A stretch of DNA of 64,000 bases from Hypanus sabinus (Eukaryota), in contig NC_082730.1 of assembly GCF_030144855.1 (NCBI RefSeq), positions 15,252,001 to 15,316,000 of the forward strand, written 5' to 3'. Below the pieces are notes generated by a model, which saw only the letters and a list, made by a program, of their open reading frames with translations, did no database searches and was not told the origin of the DNA. This document shows, in pieces, positions 24,668 through 37,354 of this stretch. The translations under genes were made by a program, and so were the position numbers. Position 1 is the first letter of the stretch. Each line of letters starts with the position of its first letter.

Positions 24668-26004
24668 AGTTTAAGAGACTACCAGACAGGTATATGGAGG
24701 AATTTAAGGTGGGATGATATATGAGAGGCAGGGGTTAAGGGTAGGCACAACATTGTGGGCTGAAAGGCCTGTATTGTGCTGTACTATTCTATGTTCTATA
24801 AAGTGAGTCCATAGGTTGTGGGAATAGTTCAGTGTTGGGGTGAGAAAAAAATGAGTGAAACGTTCCTCCCACTCAACTTTACTCACTCAGTCCATAACTG
24901 AACGTGTTCCCAGTTAAGTCACAGGCTATACTTCCATTCTACACAGCGCCCTGGCCTGTGTGTGAGCTTGGAGAAACCAAAGCACAACTGCCTGACTTTG
25001 CCCCAGGGGTGAGACTCAGGAAAGCCTGGTGAGGCAGAACTTGTCCTGATTTTTGTGTAAGCCATGGGTAGGCTCTCTGGAGTATCGCCAATTGAAACAA
25101 GCCACACCCACAATACAAGGTACCCTTCTCTGATGATTGTAATGTTGTCATGGTGACTGGCTTGTGAGTTCCTGAGATGCCAAGAGCTATGCCATCTGGA
25201 GTTTATTTCCTGGTCAGTTACTTTTGGCGGTATGGTCAAAAGGAACTTTCCAGACAAAAAGTGATCCAACAAGGTCCTCAAAGGTAGGGCTGGCAGAACA
25301 TGGTTATACATCACAATGGCAGTGGAGGCTGCACCAGTGGAGGTCCGCTAATGTCTTGCACTCCATACCAAAGGACCCTGACCCCGATCTGTTAAGGAGT
25401 GTGTCTGTGCATCAGCCTCCCCATGTTAAACAAAGTTATGCACAAGCATTTCTCCATAAAGGGAATAAGGAGAACATCACACCCGACTGGAGTGATAGCA
25501 GTATTTTTGTCACAGTCACCATTAACTCCTCGGTCAGCTTTTTATTGATATTTTTACTGACAGTAGCTATCTTTCACCATTTTTGTCAGTTAGTTAAAAT
25601 TGGATTTGATTCATCTATTCAGTCAAGGGGGCCTCAGATTCTGAGGCATCAGACTGCAGCATCTGACTCACTGCGGTTTCTCTGTCAAACTTCCTGCTGC
25701 CTTCTTTCTCATTCTTCACTTGTACTGATCTATTTTTTGTTCATTCACTTCCTCTAACTGGGAGCATTTGTTTTACTCATCAGCACCCAGTAATTCTTTT
25801 TCTTCAGCATATTTTTCCATTTTTCTAAAAACAATATGGCTGCCCTCCCTGCAGGGGCACAAGTCTGGTATTTACTGTCTTCATTTGTTTTACTGAGTGA
25901 TTCCAGGCAGGCAATTTGCAGAGTTCAATGAGGCAATTTGACAAATATTTCCCTTAAAAATTCATTCCCCCACCCCGTTTGAAAAACAGCCATCGTATGT
26001 AAAA

Positions 26005-26720
26005 GTATTTGGAAAAGGATACTTGGTAGTGTGGAGGAGCAGAGGGATCTAGGGGTACATGTCCACAGATCCCTGAAAGTTGCCTCACAGGTAGATAGGG
26101 TAGTTAAGAAAGCTTATGGGGTGTTAGCTTTCATAAGTCGAGGGATAGAATTTAAGAGATGCAGCTCTCTAAAACTCTAGTTAGGCCACACTTGGAGTAC
26201 TGTGTCCAGTTCTGGTCACCTCACTATAGGAAGGATGTGGAAGCATTGGAATGGGTATAGAGGAGATTTTCCAGGATGCTGCCTCTTTTAGAGAGTACGC
26301 ATTATAATCAGAGATTAAGGGAACTAGGGTTTTACTCTTTGGGGAACAGGAGGATGAGAGGAGACATGATAGAGGTGTACAAGATATTAAGAGGAATAGA
26401 CAGAGTGGACAGCCAGTGCCTCTTCCCCAGGGCACCACTGCTCAGTACAAGAGGACATGGCTTCAAGGTAAGGGGTGGGAAGTTCAAGGAGGATATTAGA
26501 GGAAGGTTTTTTATTCAGAGAGTGGTTGGTGCATGGAATGTACTGCCTGAGTCACGGGTGGAGGCAGATACACTAGTGAAATTTAAGAGTCTACTAGACA
26601 GGTATATGGAGGAAGTTAAGGTTGGGGGGGGGGGGTTATATGGTGGGCAGGATTGAAGGTCAGCACAACATTGTGGGCTGAAGGGCCTGTACTGTGCTGT
26701 ACTCTTCTATGTTTTATATG
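26005..26720 (+). mobile_element. CR1 3' fragment, very similar to 1277-1990
   Basis: Track ORFs 26276-26656 and 26181-26438 nearly identical to 1553-1927 and 1458-1715. Confidence 0.9.
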
Positions 26721-28573
26721 ATTGCTTGTGAGTTCAATGACATTCAGTACTCATTGACAATGTAGACATAGATGCCAGAGGCATGGTGAAGACACCAGCA
26801 AATGGAATGAAATTGATCAAGTAATTGACAAGAAGGAGAAAAGCTTTTCACCCAAGAGAGATTTGGATGGTCACTGGGACAGAAAAATTGCAAGGAGAAT
26901 CAACTAGAACATAGAGCAGTACTTTAGCCCACAATATTGTGCTGAACTAATTAAATTAGTAATCAAATGGCCAACTAAGCTTATCCCTTCTGCCTGCACA
27001 ATGTTGATATCCTCCTATTTTCTTCACATTTAAATTCATGTGCCAACCTAAATATCTATTAAAAATTTCTAATGTACCAGCCTGTACACCAGCCCAAACA
27101 GCACGATGCTGGCACCTACCACTCTCTGTGAAACAAAATCTCCCCTCTCATATCTCATTTGAAATTACCCCTTCTCACCTTAAATACATGCCCATGGGAA
27201 AAATTATACTGTCTGTCTACTCTATCTATGCCTCTCATAATCTAATAAACCTCTCTCAGATCTCCTCTCAGTCTCAAGGGCATCAAAAGCATGAATGGGA
27301 AGAATTTTGATCACTTGGATGAGTTACTAAAGATAGGGCTCCTAGGTTAGAAGTTAACTGTTGTTAGGATTAGAGGGGAGATGAGGAAAACGCTTCTCTC
27401 CCAGGGAGGAGATTACTCGTAGTGTAATTACTCAACTCATTAGTGACGTTCTCCTAAGGAGTTGTCTATTGGAGGGTCCTCAGATGACTGTAGAATCCAC
27501 AAAATCACAATTCTGCCCCCTCACGCCGTTTGCTGATCACCACCAGTTTTAATCTGGGATTTTAGGATGGAGTCCCTTGCTGGAGAACACCTGTGTATGA
27601 TTGTGCTTAATGTAGGGAGGTTGATGCTTTGGCAGCCACAACCCAGTCCTTGACATGTCGGAGTAAAGGTCAGATGGAATGGAATGCAAGATGACTAGGG
27701 ACCATTCACTACTGCAACCTTCCTCCGTCTTCACTGCTGTTGTGATGTGTCATCATCTTCCACTGGATCCACTGTTGAGGACTTGATTGGATTGCTCTTT
27801 GTCTGCAACCTCCCCCTTGAAGTGACCACCATGGAAGACACAACTAGGAGCTAAGCTCCAGATGGCATCATTCTCAGATCTCAGGAACTCACAAGCCTAT
27901 CCACCACACAAAGTGATGATGCATGGAGAAGTGAGACAGTGGTAGGCTTCTGAAACTTACTTCCTGAAGTGTTGGTAGAGGCAGGAACCTTCAGCACAAT
28001 AAACTGAGCCTGGAAGGTGCATTTGAAAAGCCTTCACCTGCCAGGCTAAAGACCAAATGTTAGATGGTGGACCAGAACAGAGACAGCTTTTTGACCAGTA
28101 TGGAATGAAGGGCCAAACAGCCTCCTATGTTGTATGATCCTGCACCAGGAAAACAGAAGTGAAGATTAATGTTTTATTTTTATTGACAGGACATATGCCA
28201 GTGTCCTTTTTTGCTAAGTTATGAAACCAGAATGTGTGAGGAAACAGGAACCTAGTGTTATTTTGGGGTTCAACATTTTCTGCATATACAGTACTTTCAC
28301 ATGCCCTCAGATTTCGGGTGAATATAAATAAACTATTTTCTCAGATCACCTGAAATCTCACATTACATTAAAATCAAGAATAAACAGCTAAACAGAATGC
28401 ATTACTCCTCCAATATGAGTAAATTAATGACAACTGTTATCCCTTGTACTGAAATATACATCAGAATTCATCTGTTGAAGACAATCACTGCACGAACTGG
28501 ATAGAGCCCGCTTAAGTGAACATCTGAAGATCTAACCAGGAGAACAGCAATATTGTGGATTTATCCTGTAAAA

Positions 28574-29095
28574 ACAAACAACTCGCAGATGCCAGAAATC
28601 CAGCGCAACACAAACAAAATGCTGGAGGAATTCAGCCAGTCAGGCAGCATCTATGGAAAGGCATAAACAGTTGACATTTCAGGCTGAAACCCTTTTGCAG
28701 GACTGGATTGTCATGACATATTGTGGAATATTGTGAAAAAATCCTCCTCTCCCTTCTTATTCTACTTCCAATCTGGTCTCTTACCTCTTCTTAGCTGACC
28801 ATCACATTCCCCAGGTCTCCTCCCCTTCCCTTTCTCCTATGGACCCTCTCTCCTCTCCTATCAGATTCCTTCCTCTCTAGCTCTTATCTCTCCAACCTAT
28901 CACATTCTAGATATCCTCTTTCTGTTCCCGCCACAATTTAATTCTAGCATTTCCGCCTTTCTGCCCAGTCTAAAGAAGAGTCTGACCTTTAAATGTCAAC
29001 TGTTCATTCATTTCCTCAGATGCTGCCTGTCTTGCAGTGTTCCTCAAACATTTGGTGCATGATGCTTTGGAATTCCAGCATCTGCAGAATCTCTT
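28574..29095. mobile_element. Miniature Penelope-like tail pair in inverted arrangement
   Basis: 28574-28700 is a reverse-oriented copy of the terminus that appears forward at 28740-29095; same family as 47280-47637. Confidence 0.6.
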
Positions 29096-32000
29096 GTGTT
29101 CATATATTGTGGAATTGGCAACTTCCATTTCCTGACAAAGTAAGTGAAGGTATGCTGGGCTAGAGGTAAGGGAGACCATAGGAGGAGATAGATACTGTAC
29201 ATGTGACCTGTCCAAATCCTGTCCTCTGTCATTCTATGAGGAATATTTAAGTGACTCACACAGACAATTTCCTGACAAATGGGATTTAATTTGGTTAAAG
29301 AACAGAGCTGACATGGATTTTACCACTGTGATACACTGAAAAGCACCTTCTACATCAGCCCTCTTTCCTGCTTTGCTCTTTCCTCAGAGGCAGGTTCTTC
29401 AAAACACGCTTGACTGAATTATCACCAAGGCAGGTCCAGAATGATCTACAAATCTTGGAGAGCACATCCGAATCTCCATGAAGATGGCTACGTGGGCAGA
29501 TATAATGTAAATGGTAAAATAGTCTTCAGTCTTGACGTTAAACAAATATGTCTGGAATATGTGTAGTGGCTGAATAAAACTTTGCAAACTCCACATTGGG
29601 AGTATACATGTAGTTCTGGTTGCTGAAAACAGGAAAGATCTGGACCCTTTAGGAGAGCTGCAGAAGAGATTCACCTGTTTTTTTTTCTGAATTAGAGCAT
29701 ACAAGGTGGACAGAGAGGTTGAAAAAATAAGGATTGTTTTATTCTGTAGAAACTGAAGAGCCACCAGCTAGAAGTTTATGAAATTCAGTGCAGTAAAGAT
29801 AGTCAAGAGTCTTTTCCCCAGGATGTAATATCAGAGGTGAGAGTGGTGACACATAAATAAATTTACCAGTGAGAATTCTATACAGAATAGTATGTGCCTG
29901 GAATGTACGGATAGGATAGATAGTGGAAGAAGATATCATATTGTCATTTAAGAGGCAATTAGTCATGTCCATGAATAGGTTAGGGATGGATTGACATGGA
30001 ACATATATACGGACAGATGGATTAGTTCATTTGCCATAGTCAGAGCAGACCTTTTCCTGTTCTTTACTGTTTCATGTTCTATTAACTAACCATTAGCATG
30101 GAATACATTTTGTGACTTCTCCAACCAATGCAAAATGAAGGCAAGTGGATGGTGTTTATGAATTGTCCAAATGGAGAGTTTCTGTGCTTTCACATTCTGA
30201 CTCCAGGACTCTAGTTTGCAACAAGTGAAAAGCATTGCTGAAGTTCACAATACAAGTTTTATGTAACTGTGCAGAAGCAGAATTGACGTTTACCTTGTGA
30301 CCACTCATGCAGATTGCCAATAATCAAAGGCACTCCATTTTTGATTGGGATCCATTACCAGTACAGGGATAGAGGGATCAGCTGGAGAAACCGGCCACGT
30401 GGGGGAGTTAATTGCAACTACCTATTTTATTTGATTTAGACATTCTTGTATAAAAGTTTAAATTGCCTTAAATGTGTACCCACTCTTATTCTTAACATTT
30501 TAAACATTGTCCTAATTTATCATTGTGAACATGACTATTCAATGTTACAGGCTCAGAGACACTCAGACATTTCCCTCTGCCTCTGTGAACAAGCTCTACA
30601 TCAACTGCTACAACTGTGGGTTTATTTTAAGTCCCTGGTACTATTGAAAAAAGAAGGGGGGAGTGGAGGGTCTATTCCGATCACACCCAAAATAACACTC
30701 AGCATAAACTCAACAGGAGGTACTTGATAAAGTGCCACTGGGAGTATGTTCATGGTCTTCTGTTACTGTAGCCCATCCACTTCATGGTTTGATGTATTCT
30801 GTGTTCAGAGATGCTCTTCTGCACACCACTATTGTAATGTTTATTTTTTTGGGCTACTGTCCCTTCCTGTCAACTTAAACCAGTCTGACCATTCTGCTCT
30901 GACCTCCCATCAGCAAGGCATTTCATTTTCACTGAACCACCACTCGTAAGATGTACTTTTTTTCATTCTCTGTGAACTTTAGAGACTGTAATGTGTGCAA
31001 ATCACAGGAGATCAGCAGTTTCTGAGATACTAAAACTACCCCAGCTGGTATCTACAATCATTTCACAGTAAAGTCGCTTAGATCACATATCTTCTCATTC
31101 TGATGTTTGTCCTGAAGAACAACTGAACCTCTTGACCATGATTTTTCTCTTCCTCTCATTCTTTTCTCTTCCTCAGTTAACTTTTAGCCATCAAACCTTT
31201 ACTCGATGACTCAACATGAATGGCATTTTAACTCAAGCAAGAAAAGAAAAGCTTCTGAAGGAACTTAGGGCATCTGATAGCATCTGCAGATTGAATTGAA
31301 TTGAATTGAATTGACTTACTTCTTACATCCTTCACATACATAAGGAGTAAAAACTTTACGTTACGTCTCCGTCTGATTGTGAAATGTGCAAATTACAGTG
31401 ATTTGTAATAAATAGTATGTACAGTAAGATATACAACAGGACAGTCAATATAGCTTAGAAATATACTGTAATTGTGTCAGTGTGAATTAATCAGTCTGAT
31501 GATCTGGTGGAAGAAGTTGTCCCAGAGCCTGTTGATCTTGGCTTTAATGTTGCAATACCGTTTCCCAGATGGTAGCAGCTGGAACAGTTTGTGGTTGGAG
31601 TAACTTGGGTTGCCAGTAATCGTTTGGGTCTTTTTTTGCACCTGTCACTGTTAATTTCCTGCAGAATGGTCAACATTTCAGATTAAGCTGCTGCATCATG
31701 ACTCCTCCAGCAATTTATTTTTTGCTGCAGGTTATAACATCTGCTGTTGTTGGTGTCTAACAATTTGACTTTTCTTATCATTTCTATCTGTTATTGGGAA
31801 TTGTCTTTGATTTTGACAAATATAATTGAGAGCTTTTGATATTCTTGCATTTTACCTCATCCCATCTTCCTATCAGTTCCCCCGGGTCCCCTTCTCCTTC
31901 CCTTTCTCCTATGTTCCACTCTCCTCTGCTATGAGATTCCTTCCTCTCCAGCCCTTTACCTTATCCACCCACTTGGCTTAACCTATCACCTTCCAGGAAG

Positions 32001-32296
32001 CCTGCATCCCCTCACCTCACCATTTCTTTCTGGTGTCCTCCCCTTTCCTTTTCAGTCCTGATAAAAGGTCTCAGCTCAAATCATTGACTGTATGTTCATT
32101 TACATAGACGCTGCCTGACTTGCTGAGTTCCTCCAGAATTTTGTGTTTGTTGCTTTTCATATGAACACATATCAAGCTTCAGTTGGTTCGCTGTGGTTTC
32201 ACACTTGGACTTCCTGCCTTCTTCTTCCTTATTTTTATTTAACAGTAATTTCACTCTGTGAACAGACGGGCTGACTGGGTGTCAGTGAATATAACA

Positions 32297-32333
32297 ATGT
32301 GGATTTTGATTCTTCTGATTAGTTTCCTAACCG
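32297..32333 (+). pseudogene. Signal-peptide exon of pseudogene C (MWILILLISFLT, phase 1)
   Basis: ATG TGG ATT TTG ATT CTT CTG ATT AGT TTC CTA ACC G|gtgagt. Confidence 0.85.
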
Positions 32334-32611
32334 GTGAGTGACAACCAACATGGGACTTTTTTATAATCAGTATTGGTTTGTGAGTCATACATTGATTCCA
32401 GAATAGTGGTTGAATATATGTAGACAGTAATGATGGCAGAATCTGCAGTTCCCCCACACATTAGCCATTTCTGCCCTGAGATATTCTCCGTATAGCTGCT
32501 TGATCTATGCCTCTGATCATCTTGTATATCTCTTTCATGTTGTCTCTCACCCTCATTTGCTCCAATTTTGAATTGTCTTCAGATCCTCAAGAACTTTGTT
32601 TTCAATTTCAG

Positions 32612-32810
32612 TTTACTTTCGGTTAGAGAGAGATGGAGTTATGGACATGGAGAGATGGGGTAACAGGAGTTGTGGGAAAGGCATTCACATATGAATTGCT
32701 CCTGTGCAACAGTAAACCAGTCACACACAATGTATTAGTGCCATGGAATGTTGGTCGCCAATATTCAGTTTCAGTGGAAACCAAAGGGCTACATGGACGG
32801 GAAGGAAATA
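32612..32810 (+). pseudogene. Truncated, frameshifted CD300/MDIR-like IgV exon (pseudogene C)
   Basis: WRDGVTGVVGKAFT...GRQYSVSVETKGLHGREGNI; out of frame with the leader (TGA at 32692); ends at the same point as A and B. Confidence 0.85.
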
Positions 32811-34376
32811 TTGCATGTATATACAGTTTTATTTTAATAATTAGCTTTCTGTTTGTCAAATTTACATGAAAACATAAAAACATACATCAAAATCCTTCTT
32901 CTTTTGTCAAATCAAATTAGTGAAGACTGTGCTGGAATTAGGCTGGGTTAAATAGGTTGGTTACTGGGCATTGTCGCTCATTGGGCCTAAAGAGCCTGTT
33001 CAAATAAATAAGTGCTGAGGACATGAGTTGTAGAGTCCTTGAAAGTGAGCCCATAGGTTGTGTGCAGTAATCAGTTCAGGGTTGAGAGAGTGAAGTTATC
33101 CATGCCGGTTCAGGTGCCTGATCTTGTAACTACTGTCTGTCAGTTACTGAAACTTGATGCATTAAAATGTGAATCCTCTGTCATATTAACCAAAGAAAAT
33201 GACATCATCTTGATCAATGGTGAAAGATATACAACTAAAATAAACTTAAAATTGGTGTGTAGATAGCAGTTTTACTCCATGTTGAAACTTGCTGCATAAT
33301 AGTGACCTGCCCCAGTTTTCAATGTAATGATGGCCTTTTGTCTTATTTATTCTCTTTCTCATCCATTGTGTGGGAAAAAAAAACTTATGCTATACCACAT
33401 TGTTTTCTGATTACAAAGAATCTTTTAATATTTCTCACTTTGTTATCATGCAGTGATGATTCTTACATTTGCAAACATCTCCCTTCAAGTAGCAGCTCCG
33501 AGGCTAACTGTACATCCACGGGTTACAGTTACATGTCAACTCTGAGAAAAGTAGCACCTTCCATTTGCAGATTCACACCCCACTGACCATTGCAAGCTGC
33601 ATCAAGCTGCAATCACTCATTTTGTTCAATACCCAACTTTTAATTCTATTTTTCATTCGTCTTTAAGACACTTGAATATTGACTGGAAATATACCCAATT
33701 TCAATTAACTTTTATTTTATACTGATCAAATGATTGCATGATTCTCAGAAAGAAAACTTAAACTTATTATTAAAGGACATACTGTATATGTCACCATGTA
33801 CTATTTCATTTCCTTTCAGGCATTCAGCATAAATACAGAGAAACACAATAGAATCAATGAAAATTGCACACAAACTAAGACAGACACATAACTAATGAGT
33901 AAAATTTAAAAAAACATATGGAAATACTAAAAGAAAAACAAAATAATAATAGTATTAATAGGTAAATAAGTTCTAAATAATATTTGAGAACATGAGTTGT
34001 ACAATTCTTGAAAGTGAGTCCAGAGGTTGTGGAATCAGTTCAGTGATAAGTGAAACAATCCACTCTGGTTCAGAAGCCCGATGGTTAAGGGGTAATATCT
34101 GTTCCTGATCCTGGTGGTGTGGGACATGAGGCTCCTGTACCTGCTTCGTAACAGCAACAGGAAGAAGAGAACATGGCCTGGTTGATGATGGATGATGTTT
34201 TTAGTGTGACAATGTGCTCTGCAGTGAGGAGTGGTTTATCTGTGATCGACTGGACTTTATCCACAACCTTTTATAGGTTTATCCATTCAAGGACATTAGT
34301 GTTTCCATACCATGCCATGATGCAACCAGTAAGAATACTCTCCACTGTGGATCTATAGAACCTTGTCAAAGTTATA

Positions 34377-34699
34377 GACAATAGACAATAGGTGCGGGAG
34401 CAGGCTATTTGGCTCTTTGAGCCAGCACCACTATCCAATGTGATCATGGCTGATCATCCACAATCAGTACCCCGATCCTCCCTTCTCCCATATCTCTTGA
34501 CTCCGCTATCTTTAAGAGCTCTATCTAAGTCTTTCTTGAGAGCATCCAGAGAATTGGTCTCCACTGTCTTCTGAGGCAGAGCATTCCACAGATCCACAAC
34601 TCTCTGGGTGAAAAGGTTTTTCCTCAACTCCGCTCTAGATGGCCTACCCTTTATACTTATACTGTGGTCTCTGGTTCTGAACTCTCCAACATCGGGAAA
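34377..34699 (-). mobile_element. CR1 3' end inserted into the Rex remnant
   Basis: Tail gacaatagacaatag; imperfect TSD aaagttata (34368-34376) / aaagtttta (34700-34708). Confidence 0.75.
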
Positions 34700-35901
34700 A
34701 AAGTTTTAGATGACTGTTTTATCTTTGCAAACTTTTAAGTAAATAATGTGCTGCTGTAATGGCAATTACATACTGGACCCAGGACAGATACTCTGAAATG
34801 ATAATGCCAAGGAATTTAAAGTTACTCTTTCCACCTTTGACATTCTGCTGTGTACTGGCTCATAGACTTCTGGATACCCCATACTGTAGTCAATATACAG
34901 CTCTTTGGTTTTCATGATGTTGAATGAGAAATAATTGTAACATCATTCAGCCAGATTTTCAAACATCCTCCGATATACTGATTGAACACACACAAATGTT
35001 GGAGGAACTCAGCAGATCAGCAGTGTCTATGTAAAGGAATTAGCAGTGGATGTTTTGGGCCAAGTCCCTTCATTGAATCCAGTTTCAGGTCAGTGACCCC
35101 TTCTCAGATCTGCTAAAAAAGTGGAAAACTGTCAATTTAGAAAGCAGATCTGCTCAAGAGGAAAGATGTGTAAGATAAAATACAGAACAGTTCACTCCCA
35201 GGTTATGAACTCCTGATTTATGGACACTTCTGCATATGAACAAGCCTCTGTAATGTTGCTTAATTCAAAAGACTGAAGTGTGTGTGTATATGTATATATA
35301 TATATATATATAGACACATGACATGAAGATTGTCGGTGTTTTGTGTAGTATAGAAAGTTATTGTAAGTTACAAGAGGAGATAGACAGGTTGCAGTGCTGG
35401 GTGGAGTTTAACTCAGAAAAATGTGAAGTGATACACTTTGCATGATCAAACTTGAAGGCACATTACAAGATTAATGCAGAATTCTTAACATTGTGGATGT
35501 CCAGAGGGATATTGGAATCCAAGTTCGTAAATTCCGCAAATTTGCTGTACAATTTGAAAAGGTGTTAAAGAAGCTGCAGGATATGCTGGACTTCAGTAGT
35601 TGACGAGATTGAGTAAAAGAGCTACAAGGTAATGTTACAGTTTGATAAAACCTGTGCAGTATTGTTTGAGTATAAGGCATAGCTTTAGTGGACAGCCATC
35701 ATCCCTTTCTCATGGTGACAATGACCAGCACCAGAGGACATCCAGTTAACGTGAGAGGAAGAAAATTTAGGGGCAATGTAAGATGTAATTTTTTTAACTA
35801 AGTGAGAGGTGGGTCCTTGGAATGCACTGCAAGCATGGTTGTAGAGGCTGATACAACAGGGACGTTTAAAGGATCTTAGATACGTACATACAGTACATGT
35901 A

Positions 35902-37354
35902 CAGTCGCTGTAAAAAGTATTCTTCCCCCTTGCAAGTTTTCATATTGTATTGTTCTATAATATGGAATCACAGTGGACTTAATTTGGCTTTTTTTTTACA
36001 CTGACCAACAGATAAAGAATCTTACATGTCAAAATGAAAGCAGATCTCTACAAAGTGATGTAAATTATTTAAAATATAAAACACAAAATAATTAATTGCA
36101 TAAGTATTCACCCCCTTCAAGTCAGTACTTAGTAGATGCACTTTTGGCAACATTTACTGCCTTGAGTCTGTGTGGATAGGTGTCTATCAGCTTTGCACAT
36201 CTGGACACTTCAATTTCTCCCCAGTCTTCTTTACAAAACTGCTCAAGCTCTGACAGACTGCATGGGGATTCTGAGTGAACAGTCCTTTTCAAGTCCAGCC
36301 ACAAATTCTCAATTGGATTGAGGTCTGGATTCTGACTTGGTCTCTCCAGACTATCCAGAATTCCCTTATTTTGTTGCATTCATTTTAACCTCTATCTTCA
36401 CACGTCTTCCAGGGCCTGCTGCAGTGAAGCATCCCCACGGTGTGATGCAGCCATCACCATGCTTCATGGTAGAGATTATGTGTTTCTGATTACGTGCAAT
36501 GCTTGGCTTACACCATAGTGTTTAGTCTGATAGCCAAAAAGTTCAATTTTGGTTTCATCAGACCTTAGAACCTTCTCCAAGCTGTCTTCAGAGTCTTCCA
36601 CATGCCTGCTGGTAAACTCTAGCTGAGATTTCATGTGAGCTTTCCCTTTGTCACTCTCCCATAGAGATGCAACCAGTGAAGCACCCGGGCAACAGTTGTT
36701 GTATGTGCAGTCTCTTCGATCTCTGCCACTGAAGCCTCTGAAGACTCCTCCAGAGAAGTCAGAAGTCACTCAGTGGCATCCTCACTAATCTTTTTCTTAC
36801 ACGGTCACTCAATGTTCGAGGATCGTCTGCACAGGGCAGATTTACAGCTGTGCCTTATTATTTCCATTCCTTGATGATTGACTTAACTGTATTCCAAGGG
36901 ATTTTTTTCTGTATCTCTCTTGTGCTTTTCTATAACCTTTCTGTGGGGTTGCTTGAAGTGTTGTTTTGTCTTCATGGTGTAGTTTTTTGACTGGATACTG
37001 ACTCACCAGCAATCGGACCTACCAGATACTGGTGTATTTTTACCACAATCAATTAAAACTCCTTGACTGCACACAGGTCTCCTAAAACAGATCTTCATTT
37101 AACTAATTATGTTACTTCTAAAACCAATTGGCTGCTCCAGTCAAGATTTGGTGTTTCACATTAAAGGGGCTGGGCGAATACTTATGCAATGAATTATTTG
37201 TGTTTTATACTTTAAATTAAATTAGATCATTATATAGAGATCTGTTTTCACTTTAACATGTAAAAAACGTTTTTGTTGATCAGAGTCAAAAAAAATTAAA
37301 TTCACAGTGATTCACTGATGTAAAACAATAAGACATGACACAATATAGACACTG
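35902..37354 (-). mobile_element. Internally deleted Tc1-family transposon with long terminal inverted repeats
   Basis: TA at both flanks; about 200-bp inverted termini with inner repeat taagtattc; transposase remnants KVLRSDETKIELFG and SQNPDLNPIENLW...AKSASTKY. Confidence 0.85.

Larger units (their letters stand above)
30180..34376 (+). repeat. Segmental duplication copy C (inverted relative to A and B)
   Basis: Matches copy A in reverse complement (see A); carries a leader and V pseudo-exon on the + strand. Confidence 0.88.

Noticed and set aside
25224-25757. 177-aa ORF and its similarity to 27549-27734
   Set aside because: The similarity reflects inverted copies of an unclassified interspersed repeat; no protein motif.
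32612-32694. Leader plus 27-aa alternative-frame peptide shared by pseudogenes C and A (3545-3627), as a possible secreted micropeptide
   Set aside because: A and C differ by about 11 non-synonymous versus 1 synonymous change in these codons, so there is no purifying signal; the shared frame follows from duplication.
37300-37332. CACAGTG plus 12-bp spacer as an RSS, implying rearranging V genes
   Set aside because: The nonamer matches only 5/9, it lies in a Tc1 terminal repeat, and no RSS flanks any V exon.
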